Source: an uncultured Methanosarcinales archaeon (lineage in GTDB: Archaea; Nanobdellota; Nanobdellia; Woesearchaeales; B54-G15). From it: DNA of 55,691 bases. The first letter of the stretch is position 1. The number at the start of each line of letters is the position of its first letter. Positions 17,061-26,399 of this stretch are shown in pieces. Where the stretch lies: NCBI GenBank assembly GCA_964519225.1, contig CAZFJK010000003.1, positions 5,061 to 60,751 of the forward strand, read 5' to 3'. The translations under genes were made by a program, and so were the position numbers. Below the pieces are notes generated by a model. It was not told the DNA's origin, did no database searches, and saw nothing but the letters and a program-made list of their open reading frames with translations.

Positions 17061-17911
17061 TGAAACAGGGCAGGAGTTATCCAGACTTCAATGAATGCTG
17101 CGAGGATTAAGACCAGTATGGCAATTATTAAGAGGTTTGCTGCATCTAGCATAGTTGTTGAAAATCTTTTTGTGTAGATGTTTTCTCTTATCATTGCTAC
17201 AGATATTAGACCGCCTGCAAGACCTGCTATGAAATATGCTGCTATTTCAAAAAGGCCGTGGGTCAGGTATCTAAGCAGACCGATTGATATTATCTGAAAG
17301 TAAGTAGCTGCTGAGGAAACATGTGCTAGTGATGCAAGATAAGAAAGTTTTGTTCTGATGAAATTACCGATTGCTGTTGCAACGACTGAAGCATTCCATG
17401 CCAAGATGAAGATTGCTCCTGCGCCGTAAAGGAAAGAGAAGATTATACAGAATAAAAGGACTTTGAGGTTGTTAAGCAGGATTGTTTTGAATGCAATCAT
17501 TTTCGCTGTAACATTTGCTGTAATCTTTGAGTTTATTGCTTGTATTGTTATTGTTTGGATATAGAAAGATCTTTGAACAACATTGATCGGCAAAAGACAG
17601 TAACAAAGAACATACGCTATAACAAAACCAAGGAATAGGCAAACAAATGCCGCCAACACAGAACCATGTTCTTTTATCAGTGCAAGACGTTCTATGTTTC
17701 TTGCTGAAATACGTTCTTCATATTTTATTGTAATATACATAAAGGGAATTGCTGCTGCGACTGTGAGAAAAACAATAAGTAAACTTGCATATTCTTTGAA
17801 TATCCAGTTTCCGAGGAAAACGGCAATCAAGGCGTATAAGAAACCAAGAATCAAGGTTGCCCATGGTTTGTGTTTAACTTTGAATGGTGAAATTAATGAT
17901 TCAAGGACCAT
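17057..17911 (-). CDS. Polytopic membrane protein, SpoIIM/DUF95-like
   Basis: 284 aa with about 6 TM segments. The segment GLFEIAAYFIAGLAGGLIS is reminiscent of the stage II sporulation protein M family common in archaea. Motif recall only. Confidence 0.5.
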   Translation of the reverse strand: MVLESLISPFKVKHKPWATLILGFLYALIAVFLGNWIFKEYASLLIVFLTVAAAIPFMYITIKYEERISARNIERLALIKEHGSVLAAFVCLFLGFVIAYVLCYCLLPINVVQRSFYIQTITIQAINSKITANVTAKMIAFKTILLNNLKVLLFCIIFSFLYGAGAIFILAWNASVVATAIGNFIRTKLSYLASLAHVSSAATYFQIISIGLLRYLTHGLFEIAAYFIAGLAGGLISVAMIRENIYTKRFSTTMLDAANLLIIAILVLILAAFIEVWITPALFH

Positions 17912-17984
17912 AGATTGTTTGTTTTTGGTATTTATATAAAATTTTTGGACAATATTTTTAAATGAGAAATGAGGTTTCTAACGT

Positions 17985-18395
17985 ATGGACTACAAAGCTC
18001 TGTTGGAAAAGGCAAGAAAGGAATTACCTGAGACTGTTAAGGTTAATGTAAAAAGGTTTGAGATTCCAAAAGTTAAAGGCCATATTGAAGGAAATAAAAC
18101 AATCATTAGTAATTTTCATCAAATTGCTAGTTATCTTCATAGAAAGCCTGAACACCTGTTAAAGTTTTTGTTGAGGGAGCTTGCAACGCCTGGTGAGCTT
18201 ACAAAGAATGGTGCTGTTCTTGGTAGAAAAATTGGAGCTGACAAAATTAATCAAAAAATAGAGGAATATGTTAAGGAATTTGTGGTCTGTCCTGAATGCA
18301 AAAGGCCGGACACAAAATTGGTTAAAGAAGACAGGTTTACTTTTATGCACTGTCTTGCGTGCGGTGCAAGACATCCAGTAAGGCAACTAAAATGA
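17985..18395 (+). CDS. eif2b: Translation initiation factor aIF2 beta subunit
   Basis: 136 aa. C-terminal zinc ribbon CPECKRPDT...CLACGA and the typical ...GNKTIISNF..IA..L.R.PEHLLKFLLRELAT.G core. Confidence 0.85.
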   Translation: MDYKALLEKARKELPETVKVNVKRFEIPKVKGHIEGNKTIISNFHQIASYLHRKPEHLLKFLLRELATPGELTKNGAVLGRKIGADKINQKIEEYVKEFVVCPECKRPDTKLVKEDRFTFMHCLACGARHPVRQLK

Positions 18396-18682
18396 TTTGT
18401 AAAAAGCATTTCTTAGTTGATGGTAGGATGATCTTAGTTGTTGTTGATGATGATTTGATAGGTAAAAGATTTGAAGAAGGAGATTTGCAGATTGACCTTT
18501 CAAAGGATTTCTACAAAGGTGAAAAAGCAACCGAGGATGAGGTTGTTGGTTTGTTCAGAAAAGCTTATATCATTCATCTTGTTGGTGAAAGGGCTGTTGG
18601 GCTTGGTATTAGGGAGGGGTATGTTGATAAGAGCAAGATTGTAAAGATTGCTGGGGTAAAGCATGCTGAGGTTTTGTGTTAA
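18392..18682 (+). CDS. Small conserved protein, DUF424-like
   Basis: The likely start is the ATG at 18392, which overlaps the aIF2-beta stop (ATGA). Sequence MICKKHFLVDGRMILVVVDDDLIGKRFEEGDLQIDLSKDFYKGE resembles the archaeal DUF424 family. Confidence 0.5.
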   Translation: MICKKHFLVDGRMILVVVDDDLIGKRFEEGDLQIDLSKDFYKGEKATEDEVVGLFRKAYIIHLVGERAVGLGIREGYVDKSKIVKIAGVKHAEVLC

Positions 18683-18727
18683 ATATTGGGGTGTAAATTA
18701 GATTATTATAATCATGATTACGAAGCG

Positions 18728-21700
18728 CTAACCGAACCATTTCCTTAAACCGAGTTGGGTTTCTTTTGGTTTTCCGAAGACGTCCTCAACACGTCTTTTG
18801 AGCAATTCAAGAGATTGTTTTAGATAGGGTGAAAGATTGTATTTTTTTGCTAGAGAAAGACTCGGCTCGAGATATTTGACTATGCTTCCTTCTGCGATTG
18901 TGAATATAATTCTACCGTTACAAACAGGACATACACCTTTCAATGGCGGCCGTCTGAATTTTTCATTACATTGGACGCATCTGAATTGTTGCATGCTGAA
19001 TTTTCTTAGGTTTCCTTTTATATCACGGATAAAATGTTTTTCAATAACGAGTTCTGCAACAGTATGCTCATCTACGGCTGAGATAAGTTCTGCTATTTCC
19101 ATCTGACCTTTCAGTTTTTCTTCCATTGAAGGAATGGTTTTGTATGCTGAACATCTAACGCCGTTATTTATGTTGGTAACAGGATGTGTAAAACCGTAGC
19201 CGTAGTATTGGGTTTCTTTGCCAAGATGGTCTTTTACTGTTTCGACTTTCACTTCCCAAGGAAGCTTGTATTCCTGCGCTGCGTAGTAAAGCTCGAGAGG
19301 ATAGCGCCAACAACAATCCATATCAAAAACCATGTCATCGACTTCTGATGGGATGAGTGTTGAGGTTATAACTAGAGGCGCATCTTGGATGCCTCCTCTG
19401 TGGGCTGGAAGGTACTGTTTTGAAAAATTTAAGAGGGCATCAAGTAACAAGATTAGACAGCTTTCATCACCGTCGAGATCGCGGCGATGGGCTGCATGAA
19501 AAAGTGGGTGCGCTAAATAGCCTTGTGTTTTTGAAAAGCCGATTATTCTTCCAACGATGGCAGCAGATGTGTGGGGTGCTAAACCAAGAACGAGGTGGCC
19601 AATCAAGTCCGAGGGTGAATTTAAATTATAGAATGGTTCTAGGTTATATAGCTTAATAAGAAGGTCATCAATGAATTTTGAAACTCTGAAAAAAACTTTA
19701 TCGGCACCTTCGTCAGGGGAAGTATCGCATGCTGGGAGAATGATATCTTGAGGAAATATTTCGAGTAGTTGGTCTTCATGTTCGAGAGGGTTTCCATTAA
19801 TATCATAAAGGTAACCAAGTTCTTTTAGCTTTTCTATAGGTGTTCCTATTTCTTTTGGAGTAAAATGAGTTATACCCATTTGAGTCATGTCATACCTGAT
19901 TGTTCCATCCTTATTGACTGTGACGTTATGGGTTGCCCTGAGTATTCCCTTGGCTGGGTGCTCTGGAATGTGTAATTTGTTTGACGTTCCCCTAACACCC
20001 TTAACTAATGCTGGTAGTGGCGTGTCGATCCTTTTTGTAATATAAGTTATCAAGTTCTTAATGTCGATTTGCTTTAGCATATAAGGGCTTGCTTTTCCGT
20101 GTTTGCATTGTTCGAACGGGATTAAGCCGCATTTCTGACAATAGTAGAGCCGTTTTGTTGGTTTATCGCAAATTTCACATTTTGTGAGAACTGTGATGTG
20201 ATTGCATGCTTCGCATTTGTATATAGCAAACTCTGCTGTAACCTTCCCTTTTTCAATTGCTGATTGAAAAGATCTTAGCTTTCCACCTTCGTCTCCTATC
20301 GGGAATAGGACGTGCGGTGAGCCAGTAAGTTTCCTTAGCTTTGCTTTTTCTGGTCTGCCCATTCTTGCTCCGATAAATGTTCCTGCTTTGTCTCTGATTT
20401 TTATTTTTGAAAAAGAATTTATTGCTTCGATGGTGTTTTCTGGCAATGTGTTAGCATCTATGTTTTCCAGATTTATGTTTTCAAATAAAGTTGATAGGAT
20501 TTTTGCTTCTGCGTTTTCAAATACAATAAATTGTTTTGCTGGGGCTTTGTGAGGAATGCATAGTTTTTCAGCTATTTCTTTTAATTTTTCTGAAAAAGGA
20601 ATTATGAGTTTTTCATCAGACTTCGTTGCTTGTTTTAATGCTTTGATAAATTCGATAAGTTCGCTTTTTGTTATTGCCTTCCAAAAATATGTGTATTTTG
20701 GGTGCAGGGGCACTGTTAAGCGTAAAGATAATGTGGTGGCTTCGTCGACTGTTGGTTGTTTGTAAAAAGGGTTTGACAGGATTTCTTTAAGTCTCGGCTC
20801 GGTTATGCCGGTTAGTTCTGATGTTTTAAACAAGTCTAAAGATCCGAATTGCTCAACGATCGCTTTTTCAAGTTCTTGTACCCACCATTCCTGACAATAG
20901 CCTGCCGGTACTAATGGATGGGACCTGTTTAGGAAATCACCGTAGGTTATGAGAAGATCACCAAGGAAGAGAATGGAATCTATTTCTCTTCTCAATGTTT
21001 TGTCTGGTATTTTTTCGAGTTGAAGAACTGTTCCATCTTTCAGCCTGACGATAGGCCCTTCGATAGTGTCGCATACAGCAACTACAGCTCCTTTACCTGG
21101 TCTTTCAAGTTTAAGTTGTGTTCCTATTGCGATGTAGTTTTTAAGGACAAACATTGTTGCTGGGTGTATTGCTGCGCTGCTATAGCCGCTGTTTCTTGCT
21201 CTTCCATAGCGTAGTCTGAAACCTCCGAAACGCATAGGCATGGTTAGAATTGGTCTCCCTGCAACAATATCTTTCATGAACGTAAAATCAGGAGTTATCT
21301 TTGCTTTTTCTTTCTTTTCTTCTTTCTTTTCCTCTTTTAGCTTTGCTTTTGCTTTTTTCTGTATTTCTATAAACTCCTTGAGGAAGGACCAATGAAGTAA
21401 GTCAAAGTCCTTTCCCCATTTGCTGAGTTGCTTCCATAGTTTTGGTGCTTTCTGGCAGAGGCATTCTGCTATAACAAGACAGACTCCGTTTCTTAGTTTG
21501 TTTGTTTCGATGCGCTTGATATCTTTATATTGTGAAACTTCTATTTTTTCTGATGGATCACCATCTATTTGTACTGGAAGGTGTCTAACAAGAAAGATGA
21601 TTTCTTCTTCGCTTGGTAGGTATTGTAGGTTTGTTATACGGGTATGGAAATCATAAACTTCTGTAACAATTCTTTGGATTTCATCTTCTGTAGGGTCATA

Positions 21701-22252
21701 AGTTGGAATACCGAGTTTTTTTCTTACGTAATCTGCTATTAAAACGCAGACGGAGGCTCCTGTTCCACCAGCGCTTCTTATTGGGCCTGAGAAAAAGAGT
21801 GCCCAGTATTCTTTTCCGTCTGCTCTTTTCCTTACTTTTATACCTGTAAAACCTTCAAGAGGTGAAGCGACAGTGCCGAGGGTGTGATAAGCAAAGCCCG
21901 TTCTTATACCTGCTTCTGCTGCCTCGAGTTGCGAATTGAACTTGCAGAATTTTTCTTTGGCTATTTCTTCTGCTATCTTGAGGGAAACTCGCCAATCAAG
22001 AATCCCGTATTCTTTTTCGAGTTCTTTTATTCTGTTTATGATATTATTAACAACATTTTTTTGTGTTAGCTGTGATGCTACGGCTGAAACAAGCCTAATT
22101 ACCCTTTCAGCCATGTTTTTTGCGAGAGGAATATCTACTCTTCTTTCTGGGTCGTAGCCTTTTTCTCGTGCTTTTTGAGCAACGGCGTATGCCCTTTTGG
22201 TTTTTTCTTGTATTTCCTCGAAATACTTTTTTAGGTTTGGTTTCATTTTCAC
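18728..22252 (-). CDS. polC: DNA polymerase D (Pol II) large subunit DP2
   Basis: 1174 aa. N-terminus ...YFEEIQEKTKRAYAVAQKAREKGYDPERRVDIPLAKNMAERV is typical of DP2. Multiple Cys4 zinc modules (CEACNH..CEICDK, CQKCG, CVQCNEKFRRPPLKGVCPVCNG). No intein-like insertion. Confidence 0.93.
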   Translation of the reverse strand: MKMKPNLKKYFEEIQEKTKRAYAVAQKAREKGYDPERRVDIPLAKNMAERVIRLVSAVASQLTQKNVVNNIINRIKELEKEYGILDWRVSLKIAEEIAKEKFCKFNSQLEAAEAGIRTGFAYHTLGTVASPLEGFTGIKVRKRADGKEYWALFFSGPIRSAGGTGASVCVLIADYVRKKLGIPTYDPTEDEIQRIVTEVYDFHTRITNLQYLPSEEEIIFLVRHLPVQIDGDPSEKIEVSQYKDIKRIETNKLRNGVCLVIAECLCQKAPKLWKQLSKWGKDFDLLHWSFLKEFIEIQKKAKAKLKEEKKEEKKEKAKITPDFTFMKDIVAGRPILTMPMRFGGFRLRYGRARNSGYSSAAIHPATMFVLKNYIAIGTQLKLERPGKGAVVAVCDTIEGPIVRLKDGTVLQLEKIPDKTLRREIDSILFLGDLLITYGDFLNRSHPLVPAGYCQEWWVQELEKAIVEQFGSLDLFKTSELTGITEPRLKEILSNPFYKQPTVDEATTLSLRLTVPLHPKYTYFWKAITKSELIEFIKALKQATKSDEKLIIPFSEKLKEIAEKLCIPHKAPAKQFIVFENAEAKILSTLFENINLENIDANTLPENTIEAINSFSKIKIRDKAGTFIGARMGRPEKAKLRKLTGSPHVLFPIGDEGGKLRSFQSAIEKGKVTAEFAIYKCEACNHITVLTKCEICDKPTKRLYYCQKCGLIPFEQCKHGKASPYMLKQIDIKNLITYITKRIDTPLPALVKGVRGTSNKLHIPEHPAKGILRATHNVTVNKDGTIRYDMTQMGITHFTPKEIGTPIEKLKELGYLYDINGNPLEHEDQLLEIFPQDIILPACDTSPDEGADKVFFRVSKFIDDLLIKLYNLEPFYNLNSPSDLIGHLVLGLAPHTSAAIVGRIIGFSKTQGYLAHPLFHAAHRRDLDGDESCLILLLDALLNFSKQYLPAHRGGIQDAPLVITSTLIPSEVDDMVFDMDCCWRYPLELYYAAQEYKLPWEVKVETVKDHLGKETQYYGYGFTHPVTNINNGVRCSAYKTIPSMEEKLKGQMEIAELISAVDEHTVAELVIEKHFIRDIKGNLRKFSMQQFRCVQCNEKFRRPPLKGVCPVCNGRIIFTIAEGSIVKYLEPSLSLAKKYNLSPYLKQSLELLKRRVEDVFGKPKETQLGLRKWFG

Positions 22253-23781
22253 ATAAATTTTAGAATTTTAATCTCTCTTGTTTTTAGGTTTACGATTGGA
22301 ACTCTAGCTGGTTCTGGACGATGACCGAGCTTTTTTTGAAAGGATGTTGCTGATTGCCAACAGCTTCCAGAAATAAGTGTTATGCCTTTGTAATTTGTTG
22401 CGCACGCTTTATGGATGTGCCCTGTAACAAAGATATCTGGAATGTGTGTGATAACAAGAGGGTCAAATTTTTTTTCAGGAATGTAGAGAGTTGATGTGTG
22501 TGTTGGTGCAAGGTGGCGCCTTCTTAGAAAGAATTTCATAAGTAGGTCTGGTCTATCGTAGCCGCCCATTGTCCTTAGAAATTCAACATTATCAACATAA
22601 AAATCAAATGAATAACCATGGTAGATAAGGATAGTAAATCCAGGAAAGGTTTTTGTCTGTTCGATTTTAACATACGCTGGATTGCTAACAAGAATCGCGT
22701 TCTTTAATTTGTGAATTGGTTCTGCGTAATCTTTCGGCAGGGGAGGTTGTGGTTCTGCTATTCGTGATGCGTCGTGGTTTCCAGGAGCGATGATTAGTTT
22801 TATTTGATGGGGTATTTCTTTAAGTAAGGAAGCGCACTTCTCGTATTGTTCATATATGTCTTTTATTATAAGTTCTTTATCTTGGTTTGGGTAAATACCA
22901 ACGCCGTCGACAAGGTCGCCGGCGATTATAATATATTTTACTTTTTTAGCTATTGAAACTTGTGTTTCGTCGCCAAGATCTCCTTTGATCCATTGGAGGA
23001 AGCGTTCAAAAGCTTTGGGCAGGAAATCAACTGAGCCAACGTGAAGATCCGAAAGGAAGATTGCATAACCATCGTATGGAGATTTTTTTAATTCTTGATG
23101 TGGAACTTCTGGCCAACAAATATTGTTTGCAAAGATAATGTTATTTCCATTAACGCCTGATACGCCTATAACCTCATCCTCGACGATAGTCTTGGCTTCG
23201 TTGTGGAGATCTGGTTTATTTGCGCTTACAAGAACTGATATTGTTCCAGTAGGGTCTTCTATCCTTAGCAAGAGATTCTTGTTTTTTGTGACTTGTTTTT
23301 CAGTCACAAGACCGATTATGCTAAGTTCTTCTCTTTCTCTTTTTGATTTCACCCTTGAGATTGATAGAAGGTTTTGTAGTTCTGGTCTTGCTTGAAGAAA
23401 TTTCTTTATTGTTTGGTATCTGGCTGTGAATAAAGCAATGAAATCTGAAACGCTTCTTTCATGGCTTTTTTCTTGATAGGAGAACATAACTTCAACATCA
23501 TTTAGTTCTTCTTTTTCTTCAGATAGTTTTGGTGGTTCTTTTATTGTTGATAGAAATTTATTGTATAGGTTTGTTTTTCCATGTTCATAAAGAGATTTAA
23601 TTCTTTCGAACTCTTTCCAGTTTATTTCACTGTTTTTATTCTCGATAATTTCGGGCGTTAAAACAGCTATGTCCTTCTCTGCATCGATTTTATCAGGCAT
23701 TCTTTCTAGCATCTCTGGGCTGATGAGAATTCCTTTTTCAATGAAAGAAGTAATTTTCTTTTTCAGTTCTGTTTGGTTCAT
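22249..23781 (-). CDS. polB: DNA polymerase D small subunit DP1 (Mre11-like phosphoesterase/exonuclease)
   Basis: 510 aa. Calcineurin-like phosphoesterase motifs LSDLHVGS, AGDLVDG, PGNHD, GHIH. 4-nt overlaps with cdc6 upstream and DP2 downstream. Confidence 0.92.
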   Translation of the reverse strand: MNQTELKKKITSFIEKGILISPEMLERMPDKIDAEKDIAVLTPEIIENKNSEINWKEFERIKSLYEHGKTNLYNKFLSTIKEPPKLSEEKEELNDVEVMFSYQEKSHERSVSDFIALFTARYQTIKKFLQARPELQNLLSISRVKSKREREELSIIGLVTEKQVTKNKNLLLRIEDPTGTISVLVSANKPDLHNEAKTIVEDEVIGVSGVNGNNIIFANNICWPEVPHQELKKSPYDGYAIFLSDLHVGSVDFLPKAFERFLQWIKGDLGDETQVSIAKKVKYIIIAGDLVDGVGIYPNQDKELIIKDIYEQYEKCASLLKEIPHQIKLIIAPGNHDASRIAEPQPPLPKDYAEPIHKLKNAILVSNPAYVKIEQTKTFPGFTILIYHGYSFDFYVDNVEFLRTMGGYDRPDLLMKFFLRRRHLAPTHTSTLYIPEKKFDPLVITHIPDIFVTGHIHKACATNYKGITLISGSCWQSATSFQKKLGHRPEPARVPIVNLKTREIKILKFM

Positions 23782-24992
23782 TTTAGATTTAGGGCCTCTT
23801 CTAGGATTGCTTTTATTTTTGGTTGTGTTGTTGGTGAAATGGCGGATGCTATTTCCCGCGTTCTTCCATAACGGCCTTTTGAGATTACTTTTGCACTAAT
23901 TATACCTAACATATCGAGTTCTGATATTATATCTGAGATTCTTCTCTGTGTTAAAGGTCTTAAACTTGTTTTTAGACAAATTTGCTTGTATAACTCGTAC
24001 ACTTCTCCTGTGAAAATTGGCCTTGAATTCGTTTGATTAAAAATATTTAGTATTGCAAGAAGGGTAGCTTGGTGTTGTTTTGGTTGTGTTTTGACAATAT
24101 CAAGGATGCGGTCTTTTTCTATTTTTTCCTCTGCTTGGTCGATGTGTTCTATTTTGATTTTAGTGTCATTTTGTCTTTCTGCAATTTCCCCTGCAACACG
24201 AAGCAATTCAAGAGCGCGTCTTGCATCGCCATGCTCACGTGCTGCGTAAGCTGCGCATTTTTCAATAACACCCTCTTCTAGAACGTTTGGTTTAAAGGCT
24301 TTTTCTGCCCTCTGCAAAAGTATGCTTTGGAGTTGTATTGCATTATATGGTGGGAATACTATTTCTTCTTCAGAAAGGCTTGATTTTACTCTTGGATCAA
24401 TATGGTCTATGAAAATAAGATCGTTTGAGATACCGATGATTGAGATTTGACTGTTTTTTAATTCGGCGTTAATTCTTGTAAGATTATATAAAACTTCATC
24501 GCCTGATTTTTTTACAAGTTGGTCTATTTCATCAAGGATTAGTAGGACGAGTTGCTTTTTTTCATCGATTAATTCGAACAATGTTTTGTAAACTTCATCT
24601 GTGGGTAAACCTGTTGCTGGAATCTCGTGACCGAATTCCCTGATTATTCGAGCTGCAAGTCTGTATTCTGTATCTGCAATTTTTTTAAGTTTACAGTTAA
24701 GATATATTATCTTTAGTGGTATGTTTCTTTCTTTTGCTATTTTTTCTATGTTTTTAGCGACAAATTTTATAGTCACTGTTTTTCCTGTCCCTGTTTTTCC
24801 GTAGATGAAAAGATTAGATGGTTTTTCGAGTTTTAATGCCGGCGCAAGGATATTTGCTATTATTTTAATCTGTTCTTCTCTGTGAGGTATTGTTTCTGGT
24901 GTGAAATTGCTTTGGAGGACTGATTTGTCTTTGAAAAGAGGTTCTTTTTCTAAATATGCTGTGAAAAAGTCTACTAAGTTGTTTTCTTCCAT
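23778..24992 (-). CDS. cdc6: Orc1/Cdc6 replication initiator
   Basis: 404 aa. Walker A GKTGTGKT, Walker B LILDEID, sensor regions, C-terminal winged helix. First gene of a cdc6-DP1-DP2 operon. Confidence 0.93.
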   Translation of the reverse strand: MEENNLVDFFTAYLEKEPLFKDKSVLQSNFTPETIPHREEQIKIIANILAPALKLEKPSNLFIYGKTGTGKTVTIKFVAKNIEKIAKERNIPLKIIYLNCKLKKIADTEYRLAARIIREFGHEIPATGLPTDEVYKTLFELIDEKKQLVLLILDEIDQLVKKSGDEVLYNLTRINAELKNSQISIIGISNDLIFIDHIDPRVKSSLSEEEIVFPPYNAIQLQSILLQRAEKAFKPNVLEEGVIEKCAAYAAREHGDARRALELLRVAGEIAERQNDTKIKIEHIDQAEEKIEKDRILDIVKTQPKQHQATLLAILNIFNQTNSRPIFTGEVYELYKQICLKTSLRPLTQRRISDIISELDMLGIISAKVISKGRYGRTREIASAISPTTQPKIKAILEEALNLK

Positions 24993-25349
24993 TTTTGAAC
25001 CACCACACCCTTTTTTCCTATGGAAATTCTAAAAGAAGTTAAGGTTATAAGTTTTTTCGAGATAGGATATATATGTTATAAAGTTGATAATGAAATATTT
25101 CAAGTGGAAAATTTGTTTTTGATGATTTTTGTTTTATTATATTTTTTTCTATATTGAAAATTAATAGGAAACGATAAAAAAAGAAAATAAAAAGTTAATT
25201 CCACAAGAAATTATAGGGTAACAGAGTAGTCTAAAGCTGGTGTGGATTTATTTTTATTACTATGTTATGACAAAAACGAAAAATTTAAATATTGGTTTCT
25301 TCTTTTTGAAAAGAAAAAGAGGTTTTCTGTTAGATAAATTAAATTTAAG
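24993..25349. promoter_or_regulatory. AT-rich cdc6-proximal spacer with degenerate ORB-like elements (candidate oriC and/or cdc6 autoregulatory region)
   Basis: On the minus strand, 25003..25025 reads TTCCATAGGAAAAAAGGGTGTGG. On the plus strand, TTCAAGTGGAAAAT lies at 25099..25112 and TTCCACAAGAAATTATAGGGTA at 25199..25220. A very AT-rich block (25113..25198) lies between the plus-strand elements. Confidence 0.45.
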
Positions 25350-25358
25350 GTGGTATTT

Positions 25359-26144
25359 ATGATTGTATCAAAGGAATTTATAAACAAGTTAAGAGAATTT
25401 GGTTTAAATAGCTACGAGGCCAAACTTTGGACTGCTTTGCTTAGTAGGGGTATAAGTACTGCTGGTGAGTTAAGTGAAATAGCAGGGGTTCCAAGAAGTA
25501 GAACTTATGATGTTCTTGAAAGTTTAGAAAAGAAAGGATTTATTCTTATGAAGATTGGTAAACCAATTAAATTTATTGCACTACCACCTTATGAAGTTAT
25601 AGAAAGAGTAAAAAAGAGATTGATAGAAGATGCAGAAAGGAGGGTTGCTCAGCTTGAGTCGGATAAATTGGGTGACGTTTTAAAAGAATTGAATAGATTA
25701 CACGATCAAACTATCTCTACAATAGATCCAGTTGAACTTACTGGGTGCGTTAAAGGGAGAAAAAATTTCTATAATCATATTGAAAACAGGTTAAAGAATG
25801 CTGAAAGAGAGGTTATCATTTTAACAACTGAACAAGGATTAGTAAGGAAAACACAATTTTTAAAGAAGGTATTAAAAAAGTTAAAGAAGAAAAACGTTGA
25901 TGTGAAAATATTTGTACCATTCACAAAAAAGATAAAAGATCTAATAAAAGAATTATCAGACTTTGCTAAATTTTCAAATACGAATATCAATAACAGATTA
26001 ATTATTATTGACGGTAAGGAAGTTATTTTTGGATTGGTTGGGGATGATGCGCATCCAAGTTATGACGTAGGGGTTTGGATCACAAGTGAATTTTTTGCGA
26101 ACGGTTTAAAACAGTTGATTACAAGCAGAGTAAACAAGATTTAA
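25359..26144 (+). CDS. TrmB-family transcriptional regulator
   Basis: N-terminal wHTH LREFGLNSYEAKLWTALLSRGISTAGELSEIAGVPRSRTYDVLESLEKKGFI is the TrmB signature. The ATG at 25359 is preceded by AAGGTGG. The track's GTG start at 25350 lies inside that SD-like motif. Confidence 0.8.
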   Translation: MIVSKEFINKLREFGLNSYEAKLWTALLSRGISTAGELSEIAGVPRSRTYDVLESLEKKGFILMKIGKPIKFIALPPYEVIERVKKRLIEDAERRVAQLESDKLGDVLKELNRLHDQTISTIDPVELTGCVKGRKNFYNHIENRLKNAEREVIILTTEQGLVRKTQFLKKVLKKLKKKNVDVKIFVPFTKKIKDLIKELSDFAKFSNTNINNRLIIIDGKEVIFGLVGDDAHPSYDVGVWITSEFFANGLKQLITSRVNKI

Positions 26145-26200
26145 AAACGAAAAATCTTATATATAAATACTCTTTTCTTTTATTTAAAAGAGGTGATAAA

Positions 26201-26398
26201 ATGGCTTTGGATATTATGCAATTTACCCTGCTTGTTATTCTAGGTACTTTAGCTGCGATAGTATACTCTTTAAGAATTCTTGTACTAATGGAAAGAAGGG
26301 TTGCTAGGATGGAAAGACATGTTGAGAAAATGGTTAATAAAATCCTAGCTGAAGAGATAAAACTTGAGAGAAAGATTAGGATTAGACGTAAAAGATAA
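26201..26398 (+). CDS. Small single-pass membrane protein with a basic coiled tail (65 aa)
   Basis: TM LLVILGTLAAIVYSLRILVL followed by an R/K/E-rich helix. TATA-like TTATATATAAAT at about 26157..26170 and AGGTGA 4 nt upstream of the ATG. Confidence 0.45.
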   Translation: MALDIMQFTLLVILGTLAAIVYSLRILVLMERRVARMERHVEKMVNKILAEEIKLERKIRIRRKR

Positions 26399-26399
26399 G

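Noticed and set aside
18728-22252. Possible third intein, in the PolD large subunit
   Set aside because: The 1174 aa length is within the normal DP2 range. I saw no Cys/Ser...HN junction pair, no LAGLIDADG motif and no break in conserved DP2 segments.
26364-26399. Upstream extensions offered by the ORF track that use TTG/GTG starts (26364, 25350, 36055, 47347, 53036, 54406, 18359)
   Set aside because: In each case an ATG a few codons downstream coincides with the stop of the preceding gene or is preceded by a GGTG-type SD. The extension would also overlap the upstream gene or add non-conserved residues.
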